NCBI RefSeq assembly: GCF_000621645.1 | Contig: NZ_JHXR01000029.1 | Coordinates: forward strand, 5,424 to 37,423 | Source of the DNA: Vibrio cholerae ATCC 14035 | GTDB lineage: Bacteria; Pseudomonadota; Gammaproteobacteria; Enterobacterales; Vibrionaceae | Reading direction: 5' to 3' | Length of the DNA stretch: 32,000 bases | Shown: in pieces, positions 25,245 to 32,000 of the stretch | How the letters are laid out: each line of letters begins with the position of its first letter | How positions within the stretch are numbered: the first letter of the stretch is position 1 | Made by a program: the position numbers and the translations under genes | The notes under the pieces: generated by a model | Databases searched by the model: none | What the model was told of the DNA's origin: nothing | The model's input: the letters and a program-made list of their open reading frames with translations, nothing else

Positions 25245-25274
25245 AAAAAAGCCTGCGATATGCGCAGGCTTTTT
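25245..25274. terminator. Bidirectional terminator between convergent yaiI and the AbgT-family gene
   Basis: A6-GCCTGCG-ATATG-CGCAGGC-T5. Confidence 0.8.
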
Positions 25275-25291
25275 CGTATGCAGAACAAACA

Positions 25292-26878
25292 CTATGGCGT
25301 GTAGTAAGTGGCGGCGCCAGGGCCAACCGGCAGACCTAACACAAATACCCACACGTAGAACAGTAAGCTCCAACCCACCATAAACACCACCGAATACGGC
25401 AACATGGTTGCGATCAAAGTACCGATACCGAGGTTTTTCATATAACGCGTCGCCACCGCCAGAATCAAGCCAAAGTAGCTCATCATCGGGGTGATGATGT
25501 TAGTGACCGAGTCACCGATACGATAGGCCGCTTGAATCACTTCTGGAGCATAGCCCACCAACATCAGCATAGGCACGAAAATCGGCGCGGTGACTGCCCA
25601 TTGCGCAGAGGCAGAGCCAATCATCAGGTTGATGTAACCACACATCAAAATGAAGGCGAAGAACAGCATGGGTCCCGTCAGTCCGATGTCTTTCAGGAAA
25701 TCCGCGCCGAGTACCGCCAATACTTGACCAAACTTTGTCCAACTAAAGAAGGCAACGAACTGCGCCGCAAAAAATACCAGCACAATGTACATGCCCATAG
25801 AAGACATCGATTTCGCCATCGCATTAATCACATCACGATCGGTTTTCATCGTGCCAACCACACGGCCATAGACATAGCCGGGAATAGCAAAAAAGATAAA
25901 GATAAAGGCGACGATGCTCTTTAAAAATGGCGAACCAGAAACGAGGCCATCCTCTCCACGCAGCACGCCATCCGCCGGTACAATTGTCCAAGCCAATAAT
26001 GCGCTCACCACAACAACCGCTAATCCAGCATAGGCCAGCGCTTTTTTCTCTAGCGCCGTCAGAGAACCCATTTTGTCTTGGCTTAAGTCATCGCTGGCTT
26101 CTGATACATCATATTTGCCCAGTTTGGGCTCAACGATTTTCTCGGTCACGAATGCACCTAAAATCGCAATCACAAAGGTAGAAGCCGCCATAAAGTACCA
26201 GTTGACTTCAGGACCAACGCTGTAAGTAGGATCAATCATACGAGCGGCGGTTTCGGTAATCCCTGAAAGCAAAGGATCGACGGTGCCAATTAACAGGTTT
26301 GCCGAATAACCACCAGAAACACCTGCAAACGCCGCAGCGAGTCCCGCGAGCGGGTGACGACCTAGCGAATGGAACAGCATGGCTGCCAGTGGAATAAGAA
26401 CCACGTAGCCTAATTCAGATGCCGTGTTAGAAATAATACCGGCAAACACGACAGTGAAAGTGACCATGCGCTTTGAAGCGCCCATCACCAGACCACGCAT
26501 TGCCGCAGAGAGCAACCCAGAGTGCTCCGCAATGGCGACACCCAGCATGGCCACCAACACGGTGCCTAAAGGAGCAAAGCCGACAAAGTTTTTCACTAAG
26601 TTGGTTACGATAAGCTCTAATCCATCGGCATTGAGTAAGCTGACAACATGGATCATGCCATCTGCAGCACGACCTTTCGCGCCTTCAGGACGAGGGTCCA
26701 CAACTGACAGCTCGAAGTACCCAGCGATACCCGAAGCAACCAGTAGTACAACACAGAAAATGGCAAATAATGTGATGGGATGGGGTAATAGGTTCCCCAA
26801 ATATTCCACACCATCAAGAAAACGGGTAATTAAAGGTTTCTTAGGTGCGTTTTGATTTATTGAAGCAGATGAACTCAT
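25292..26878 (-). CDS. AbgT-family transporter (p-aminobenzoyl-glutamate / antimetabolite efflux family)
   Basis: Collinear with E. coli AbgT (NLVKNFVGFAPLGTVLV, GRHPLAGLAAAFAGVSGGYSANLLI, NWYFMAAST) and polytopic. ATG 26878 (MSSSASINQ) has AAGGAGG 6 nt upstream. The track start at 26896 lies within that Shine-Dalgarno. Confidence 0.9.
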   Translation of the reverse strand: MSSSASINQNAPKKPLITRFLDGVEYLGNLLPHPITLFAIFCVVLLVASGIAGYFELSVVDPRPEGAKGRAADGMIHVVSLLNADGLELIVTNLVKNFVGFAPLGTVLVAMLGVAIAEHSGLLSAAMRGLVMGASKRMVTFTVVFAGIISNTASELGYVVLIPLAAMLFHSLGRHPLAGLAAAFAGVSGGYSANLLIGTVDPLLSGITETAARMIDPTYSVGPEVNWYFMAASTFVIAILGAFVTEKIVEPKLGKYDVSEASDDLSQDKMGSLTALEKKALAYAGLAVVVVSALLAWTIVPADGVLRGEDGLVSGSPFLKSIVAFIFIFFAIPGYVYGRVVGTMKTDRDVINAMAKSMSSMGMYIVLVFFAAQFVAFFSWTKFGQVLAVLGADFLKDIGLTGPMLFFAFILMCGYINLMIGSASAQWAVTAPIFVPMLMLVGYAPEVIQAAYRIGDSVTNIITPMMSYFGLILAVATRYMKNLGIGTLIATMLPYSVVFMVGWSLLFYVWVFVLGLPVGPGAATYYTP

Positions 26879-27011
26879 CTGTTCCCTCCTTGTCATGATT
26901 CCTATGCATTTGTGACAGAAATGTCAAAAGCGCGCGCAGAGTACTCGACAAAAAAGGTAAATTAAAAAGCAAAAATGTTACAAAATTTATCCAAATGAAT
27001 AACTTCTAACC

Positions 27012-27061
27012 TGAAAATAAAAAATAACCAGATGATCATGAGCATGAATAACCATCTGGTT
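27012..27061 (-). terminator. Rho-independent terminator after rpmJ2
   Basis: Stem AACCAGATG (27026-27034) / CATCTGGTT (27053-27061). On the minus strand it is followed by ATTTTTTATTTTC. Confidence 0.65.
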
Positions 27062-27078
27062 AGATAAAAATCTTGCTA

Positions 27079-27204
27079 CTAGCGCTGAACGGCTTTAAAG
27101 CGAGGATTTGATTTGCAGATCACATACAAACGGCCACGGCGTTTGACGATTTGACAATCTGGGTGACGATTTTTAGCGCTTTTTAGCGAGCTGAGCACTT
27201 TCAT
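27079..27204 (-). CDS. rpmJ2: 50S ribosomal protein L36, zinc-independent paralogue (type B; YkgO-like)
   Basis: My own translation: [41 protein letters not shown] (41 aa). It closely matches E. coli YkgO ([40 protein letters not shown]...) and lacks the CxxC..CxxxH zinc site. AAGGAG lies 8 nt upstream. The ATG overlaps the rpmE2 stop (ATGA). Below the ORF-track size cut-off. Confidence 0.9.
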   Translation of the reverse strand: MKVLSSLKSAKNRHPDCQIVKRRGRLYVICKSNPRFKAVQR

Positions 27205-27458
27205 TTTGACTCCTTAGCAAACTGACCGAAACGACGAGTGAAGTTCGCAACGCGACCTTCTTTTTGTACCACACGTTGTTTACCGGTATAGAACGGGTGA
27301 GATTCTGACGAAACCTCGATGGTAATGTAGGGGTAAGTTTTGCCTTCCCACTCAATAGTGCGATCGGTTTGCAAAGTAGAACCAACTACAAAATAGTGAT
27401 CAACCGTGGTATCGTGGAACACCACTTTACGGTAATCGGGATGAATGCCTGCTTTCAT
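27201..27458 (-). CDS. rpmE2: 50S ribosomal protein L31, zinc-independent paralogue (type B; YkgM-like)
   Basis: [18 protein letters not shown]...HPFYTGKQR. It has no cysteine at all, so the CxxC of type A is absent. 85 aa. Confidence 0.93.
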   Translation of the reverse strand: MKAGIHPDYRKVVFHDTTVDHYFVVGSTLQTDRTIEWEGKTYPYITIEVSSESHPFYTGKQRVVQKEGRVANFTRRFGQFAKESK

Positions 27459-27475
27459 CTTAAACTCAAAACCTC

Positions 27476-27498
27476 AAATTGTTATGTTATAACATTTT
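27476..27498. promoter_or_regulatory. Zur box upstream of rpmE2-rpmJ2
   Basis: The minus strand reads AAAATGTTATAACATAACAATTT, compared with the gammaproteobacterial Zur consensus GAAATGTTATANTATAACATTTC. It lies 18-40 nt upstream of the rpmE2 ATG. Confidence 0.8.
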
Positions 27499-27592
27499 AA
27501 TTAATAATTATTCTCAAGGTGATTTGCAAGCGATTTTTACGTCTAGCTATGCTATTTTTTTCCTCAACATCGTGTGAATATCGATAAAAAAC

Positions 27593-28288
27593 ATGTATCC
27601 CATTGAACCTATTGCAATTATTGAAAGCCCATACCAAGAAAAATTTGCCGTACCTCGTCAACCACGTTTGGTGCCAAGCGCGACCGCAAGAGTCAAATTG
27701 CTCGGTGAGTGCAACTGCGCGGAATCCATTCGTGGCATAGAGCAATTTAGCCATGTCTGGCTGCTATTTTTGTTCGACCAAAACCTCGCCGCAGGTTGGA
27801 AACCGACCGTACGTCCACCTCGTCTTGGTGGTAATGAACGAGTGGGTGTTTTCGCTTCACGAGCAACTTTTCGCCCTAATGGAATTGGCATGTCAGCGGT
27901 CGAGTTAAAAGGGGTAAGCAAAGAAGGCGATCAATATTATTTAGAGCTCGGAAGCGTCGACTTGGTCAATGGCACACCGATCATTGATATCAAGCCTTAT
28001 ATCCCCTACTCCGATTCCATTACCGACGCGCAAGGTGGCTATGCCGAGCAAGAGCCACAACGCATGGCGGTTACCTTCAGTGATGCAGCGCGGCAAATGC
28101 TCCAGGCACATCCTGAAGGTAAGATTCGCCAAGCAGTGATCCGTGAAGTGTTAGCGCAAGATCCGCGCCCAGCTTACAAAAAACATCGCGCTGACGATAA
28201 GTTATATGCGGTGAATTTGTACGATTGGAACGTGAAATTTACGGTTAACGCTGAAGCAATCGTTGTCAACGCAATTGAACCCTTTTGA
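27593..28288 (+). CDS. trmO: tRNA (t6A37) N6-methyltransferase TrmO (TsaA/YaeB)
   Basis: IESPYQEKFAVPRQPRLV, WKPTVRPPRLGGNERVGVFASRATFRPNGIGMS, LVNGTPIIDIKPYIPY and LAQDPRPAYKK are collinear with E. coli YaeB. It sits next to proS as in E. coli. Confidence 0.92.
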   Translation: MYPIEPIAIIESPYQEKFAVPRQPRLVPSATARVKLLGECNCAESIRGIEQFSHVWLLFLFDQNLAAGWKPTVRPPRLGGNERVGVFASRATFRPNGIGMSAVELKGVSKEGDQYYLELGSVDLVNGTPIIDIKPYIPYSDSITDAQGGYAEQEPQRMAVTFSDAARQMLQAHPEGKIRQAVIREVLAQDPRPAYKKHRADDKLYAVNLYDWNVKFTVNAEAIVVNAIEPF

Positions 28289-28331
28289 CAAAACCATTTG
28301 GCTGATATTATTAGCGCCCAAATTCGCTTTA

Positions 28332-28459
28332 GATCCCCAAACCACTTCCAGTGGCAGATAGATGACAAGTGAGTGAATCACCATAAGCATAGAGAGACTA
28401 TGTGATTGGGCTGCACCCACTTAGCCAACACGCCTGCCGCTTGCAGTAAGAAGGGAATG
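28332..28459 (+). repeat. ERIC-like repeat, copy 3 (diverged), in the trmO-proS spacer
   Basis: GATCCCCAAACCACTTCCAGTGGCAGATAGATGACAAGTGAGTGAATCACCATAAGCATAGAGAGACTATGTGATTGGGCTGCACCCACTTAGCCAACACGCCTGCCGCTTGCAGTAAGAAGGGAATG. Same length as copies 2 and 4 and collinear with them. Confidence 0.8.
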
Positions 28460-28513
28460 ACGTCACTCCTGTTAAAGCGATCCTTTAAACTTTGATGAAA
28501 CGGATACCATAGA

Positions 28514-30229
28514 ATGCGTACCAGTAACTATCTTCTTTCCACTCTGAAGGAGACTCCAAACGACGCAGAAGTTGTGAGCCATAAGCTCATGCTCCGTGCA
28601 GGTATGATCCGTAAGCTGGCTTCAGGTCTCTATACTTGGCTGCCTACTGGTCTGCGTGTACTGCGTAAAGTCGAAAACATCGTTCGCCAAGAGATCGATA
28701 ATGCCGGTGCAATCGAAACCTTGATGCCGGTGGTGCAGCCGTTTGAATTGTGGGAAGAGACTGGTCGCTCTGAAAAAATGGGCCCAGAGCTACTGCGCTT
28801 TACTGACCGCCATGAGCGTCCGTTTGTTTTAAGCCCAACTGCGGAAGAAGTGATCACGGCGCTGGTGCGTAATGAGGTGAGCTCTTACAAGCAGTTGCCA
28901 CTGAACTTGTATCAAATTCAAACCAAATTCCGTGATGAACGCCGTCCACGTTTTGGTGTGATGCGTGCCCGTGAATTCTGCATGATGGATGCGTACAGCT
29001 TTGATATCGACAAAGCGGGCCTAGAAAAATCCTACGAAGCCATGCACGTTGCGTATTGCAAAGCGTTTGACCGTATGGGCCTCGATTACCGCCCAGTGCT
29101 AGCGGATACTGGTGCTATCGGTGGTAACGGCTCACACGAATTCCACGTACTGGCAGAAAGTGGCGAAGATCTGATCGCCTTCTCAACCGAATCGGATTAC
29201 GCAGCCAACATCGAAAAAGCCGAAGCGGTTGCACCGGCGATTGAGCGCCCAGCGCCTACGCAAGCGATGACCTTGGTTGATACCCCTAACGCAAAAACCA
29301 TCGCAGAATTGGTTGAGCAGCACGGTCTGCCTATCGAAAAAACGGTGAAAACCTTATTTGTCAAAGCCTCAGATGAAATCGATGCGCCTATCGTTGCGCT
29401 GATCATCCGTGGTGACCATGAACTGAACGAAATCAAAGCCGAGAAACTGGCCGAAGTGGCCTCGCCGCTGGAAATGGCCAGCGAAGAAGAGATTCGCGCG
29501 CTGATCGGTGCAGGCCCTGGCTCATTAGGCCCTGTCGGCCTGAAACTGCCATTTATTGTTGACCGCACCGTTGCTGTGATGAACGATTTCGGCGCTGGCG
29601 CAAACATCGATGGTAAACACTACTTCGGTATCAACTGGGGTCGTGATGTTGAACTGGGTAAAGTCGAAGATCTGCGTAATGTGGTTGAAGGCGATCCAAG
29701 CCCATGTGGCAAAGGCACACTGATGCTCAAGCGCGGTATCGAAGTGGGTCACATCTTCCAATTGGGTACCAACTACTCTGAAAAGATGAACTGTGGCGTA
29801 CTCGATTCGAACGGTAAAAACGTCATTCTTGAGATGGGTTGCTACGGTATCGGCGTCTCTCGCGTCGTCGCGGCAGCCATCGAACAAAACCATGACGATT
29901 ACGGCATCATTTGGCCTGATGCGATTGCACCTTTCCAAGTGGCTATTGTGCCGATGAACATGCACAAATCTGAGCGTGTTCAGCAAGCCGCTGAAAAATT
30001 GTATGCAGAATTGACAGCTGCAGGCATCGAAGTGCTGTTTGATGATCGTAAAGAGCGTCCGGGCGTCATGTTCTCAGATATGGAGCTGATCGGCGTGCCA
30101 CACACCATCATCATTGGTGATCGCAGCATGGATGAAGGCCACTTCGAATACAAAAATCGCCGTCAAGGTGAGAAAGAAGCCGTGGCAATGGAGTCAATCA
30201 TCGACTTTATCCAAGCCAAACTGGCCTAA
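28514..30229 (+). CDS. proS: Prolyl-tRNA synthetase ProS (bacterial type with INS editing domain)
   Basis: 571 aa. [44 protein letters not shown], class II motifs ([26 protein letters not shown]), and a C-terminal anticodon-binding domain. Confidence 0.97.
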
Positions 30230-30251
30230 TTTTCGGTCACATTCACTTAAA

Positions 30252-30277
30252 AAGGCTGCCATCGAGCAGCCTTTTTA
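30252..30277 (+). terminator. Rho-independent terminator after proS
   Basis: AAGGCTGC-CATCGA-GCAGCCTT followed by TTTAT. Confidence 0.8.
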
Positions 30278-30285
30278 TTACCAGT

Positions 30286-30413
30286 TTTCCCCAAACGACT
30301 TGGATTTGCAGGTAGGCGGCAAGTGAGTTCATCCCATGAGCATAGAGAGGCTATGTGATTGGGGTGAACGAACGCGGCCAACACCGCTGCAACTTCAAGA
30401 AGGAAGGAGATAT
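30286..30413 (+). repeat. ERIC-like repeat, copy 4 (128 bp)
   Basis: TTTCCCCAAACGACTTGGATTTGCAGGTAGGCGGCAAGTGAGTTCATCCCATGAGCATAGAGAGGCTATGTGATTGGGGTGAACGAACGCGGCCAACACCGCTGCAACTTCAAGAAGGAAGGAGATA. It begins 9 bp after the proS terminator. Confidence 0.88.
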
Positions 30414-30470
30414 TAATATTAGATTCATTTTTCATCATCTACACTGAGTCAAAACCAGAGGAGATAGCCC

Positions 30471-31115
30471 ATGGATCTAAAATCATTACTTAACCAAGCA
30501 CTGAGTTCTGACTTAGTGAAAAAAGGCAGTGAACAGCTTAAAAACCTAGGTCAAGATAAAAGCCAGCTCGGTGCTTTGGGGGCTGGCGCGTTAGGTGGCG
30601 GCTTATTGGGCATGCTGCTTGGCTCAAAGAAAAGTGCCAAATGGGGCAAAAGCGCGCTAAAAGTCGGCGGTGCTGCTGCACTTGGCGCACTGGCGTATAA
30701 GGTCTACAACGATTGGAACGCCAAACAAAATGGTCAATCCGCACCGACTCCGTTTGATGAAAGCAATCCTCGTCATGAGCTGATCATTTTAAAAGCCATG
30801 ATTGCCGCCGCGAAAGCCGATGGGCATGTGGATGAGCAAGAGATGGCGCGAATCCAACAAGCGATTGAAGAGCTAGGCGCAGATAACCAAGTACAACAAT
30901 TGGTTGAACAAGAACTGCGCAAGCCATTGGATCCTTCTGAAATCGCTCGGTTTGCGCAAAACCCAGCTCAAGCATCTGAGCTGTATCTGGCGTCATTGCT
31001 GATTGCCGATGAACAGAACTTTATGGAAAAAGCTTATCTCAATGAACTTGCTAAACAACTAGGCTTGGATGATCAATTGGTCGCACAGCTGAATTTACAA
31101 GTCACTGGCCAATAA
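30471..31115 (+). CDS. DUF533 / TerB-like inner-membrane protein (YebE family)
   Basis: Gly/Ala-rich TM region (GALGAGALGGGLLGMLLGSKK), then LILKAMIAAAKADGHVDEQEMARIQQ...PLDPSEIA...ELYLASLLIADEQNFMEKAYL. Collinear with E. coli YebE. Confidence 0.8.
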   Translation: MDLKSLLNQALSSDLVKKGSEQLKNLGQDKSQLGALGAGALGGGLLGMLLGSKKSAKWGKSALKVGGAAALGALAYKVYNDWNAKQNGQSAPTPFDESNPRHELIILKAMIAAAKADGHVDEQEMARIQQAIEELGADNQVQQLVEQELRKPLDPSEIARFAQNPAQASELYLASLLIADEQNFMEKAYLNELAKQLGLDDQLVAQLNLQVTGQ

Positions 31116-31217
31116 TTCACCACTCATGAGGCTTCATTGAGCCAGCGCAAGTAGTAGGTTTGGTATTTCTCTGCTCTCAAGGTATATTGAGAGCAGTTAT
31201 CATTTGAGGACACCCTG

Positions 31218-31421
31218 ATGAAAGTTTATGACTGTTGTGAACTGGTACGCGAGCTTTATGCGCAAATTGGTAGTGGTGATCAAGGCTATATTCCGCAAGC
31301 TATCAGCTGCGCTGTACGTGCATTAAACGAGATTGCGGCTGATACCGCCCTGCCACTGGCGGCACGAGAAAAAGCGGCGTTTGCGGCAGCGAATTTACTG
31401 ATTTCCGATTTTGAGGATTAA
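31218..31421 (+). CDS. Small acidic hypothetical protein (67 aa), family not recognised
   Basis: ORF with GAGGA 8 nt upstream. It ends 5 nt before the next small ORF. No motif I can name. Confidence 0.45.
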   Translation: MKVYDCCELVRELYAQIGSGDQGYIPQAISCAVRALNEIAADTALPLAAREKAAFAAANLLISDFED

Positions 31422-31426
31422 TCACC

Positions 31427-31618
31427 ATGAATCTCGCGAATTTTGCCACTATGGATCCGATCATGCTGATGAGCATCATTAACATGAAACTGCGTGACGA
31501 CTTTGGTGGCGATTTGGATAAATTGGTTAACTATTTCGATATTGATCGCAGCGCGTTAGAAGCTAAGTTAGCGAGCGCTGGTTTTGAATTTTTACCGCAA
31601 GTCGGCCAATTCCGCTAA
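31427..31618 (+). CDS. DUF4250-like small protein (63 aa; family from memory)
   Basis: MDPIMLMSIINMKLRDDF...LDKLVNYFDIDRSALEAKLASAGFEF fits the DUF4250 pattern (MDP..LLS.VNMKLRD.. ..L...G.EY). Confidence 0.6.
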   Translation: MNLANFATMDPIMLMSIINMKLRDDFGGDLDKLVNYFDIDRSALEAKLASAGFEFLPQVGQFR

Positions 31619-31671
31619 ATCAACGGTTATCGCAAAGCGCCCTTTCAAATCGGGGCTGAAAAAATAAAAAT

Positions 31672-31695
31672 CCGCCTTCTTAGAAGGCGGTTTTA
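31672..31695 (+). terminator. Rho-independent terminator after the DUF4250-like gene
   Basis: CCGCCTTC-TTA-GAAGGCGG followed by TTTTAAT. Confidence 0.75.
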
Positions 31696-31697
31696 AT

Positions 31698-32000
31698 ATA
31701 AGCCCCCTAAAAGGGGGCCACGGCGCTGTTAGTCTCTCAATAACTCTAACTGCTGCTCTTGCTCAAGCTCTTTTTTGTCTTGATGCCGTACATACCGTCT
31801 AATGATTTCTTCATTTACACCTACCGTATCCACAAAATAGCCTCGCGCCCAAAAATGATTTCCCCATAACTTTTTCCTGATATGTGGAAACTTGTTGAAT
31901 AGCCTAATTGCACTCCTACCCTTTAAAACTCCCATCAACGTCGAAATCGATACTTTGGGCGGAATTATCGCAACTAAGTGGACATGATCTGGCTGAACAT
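31698..32000 (-). mobile_element. IS200-family insertion sequence (IS1004-like), partial; one end near 31700
   Basis: The tnpA fragment plus a subterminal hairpin GCCCCC-TAAAA-GGGGGC (31702-31718) just beyond the tnpA stop. The exact terminus cannot be set without the other end. Confidence 0.7.
31729..32000 (-). CDS. tnpA: IS200/IS605-family Y1 transposase TnpA, C-terminal ~90 codons (5' part lies beyond the right edge)
   Basis: Extending the track ORF upstream in frame gives VQPDHVHLVAIIPPKVSISTLMGVLKGRSAIRLFNKFPHIRKKLWGNHFWARGYFVDTVGVNEEIIRRYVRHQ. This carries the HUH-family DHVHL motif and the Y1 region FWARGYF. The M at 31938 in the track is an internal TTG-encoded Leu. Confidence 0.9.
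   Translation of the reverse strand, partial: VQPDHVHLVAIIPPKVSISTLMGVLKGRSAIRLFNKFPHIRKKLWGNHFWARGYFVDTVGVNEEIIRRYVRHQDKKELEQEQQLELLRD

Noticed and set aside
26915-26945. TGTGACAGAAATGTCA upstream of the AbgT-family gene, considered as a CRP site
   Set aside because: The second half-site, TGTCA, matches TCACA at only 3/5. The evidence is insufficient.
27173-27385. 70-aa minus-strand ORF overlapping rpmE2
   Set aside because: It is in a different frame from the L31B gene and has no homology pattern. The real second gene of the operon is the 41-aa rpmJ2 at 27079-27204.
1-32000. Search for a defence island, prophage, integron cassette array, secretion system or canonical toxin-antitoxin module
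   Set aside because: No integrase, phage structural genes, restriction/Cas/abortive-infection-like domains, attC-type repeats or recognisable toxin families were seen. Almost every gene has a housekeeping orthologue in conserved synteny. Only the KfrA_N-like/yaiI pair has a TA-like layout, and that is reported as a hypothesis.

Overview
The window reads as conserved core chromosome of a Vibrio. The PomAB sodium stator, ERIC-like repeats, an IS200/IS1004-like fragment and the overall gene order point to V. cholerae chromosome 1; the species call is inference, not a search result. About 31 ORFs in the track are real genes, and the rest are antisense or alternate-frame shadows.

Gene order, left to right:
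- gmhB (fragment), divergent from metN-metI-metQ
- DUF2310-syd on the minus strand
- queF, a TPR/degenerate-GGDEF protein, and an SGEEF GGDEF protein
- ppnN, xni
- ygdD, gcvA on the minus strand
- GcvB sRNA
- thiI, then pomB-pomA, all on the minus strand
- xseB-ispA-dxs
- truC-yqcC on the minus strand
- DUF3549-DUF3301
- a GNAT acetyltransferase on the minus strand
- a CsrB-family sRNA on the minus strand
- a KfrA_N-like gene overlapping yaiI
- an AbgT-family transporter on the minus strand
- the Zur-box rpmE2-rpmJ2 operon on the minus strand
- trmO, proS
- a DUF533 protein and two tiny ORFs
- an IS200-family tnpA fragment at the right edge

Features the ORF track does not show:
- two sRNAs, GcvB and a CsrB-family RNA with 23 GGA motifs
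- a hidden 41-aa rpmJ2 gene
- the gmhB 5' fragment
- four ~128-bp ERIC-like palindromic repeats, one carrying a nested 70-bp insertion
- MetJ, GcvA, Zur, sigma28 and VarA/UvrY-type sites
- about a dozen rho-independent terminators

I found no CRISPR array, tRNA or rRNA gene, prophage, or recognisable defence or toxin island. I cannot honestly claim a clearly novel system here. The least-explained pieces are:
- the translationally coupled KfrA_N-like/YaiI (PIN-like) pair next to csrB
- the tandem degenerate-GGDEF pair inserted into the queF-ppnN block, with CsrA-type GGA hairpins in its leaders
- the DUF3549-DUF3301 pair, whose transcript probably runs antisense through the GNAT gene
- the nested insertion inside an ERIC copy

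All family names come from my reading of the translated sequences and from memory. No database was queried.
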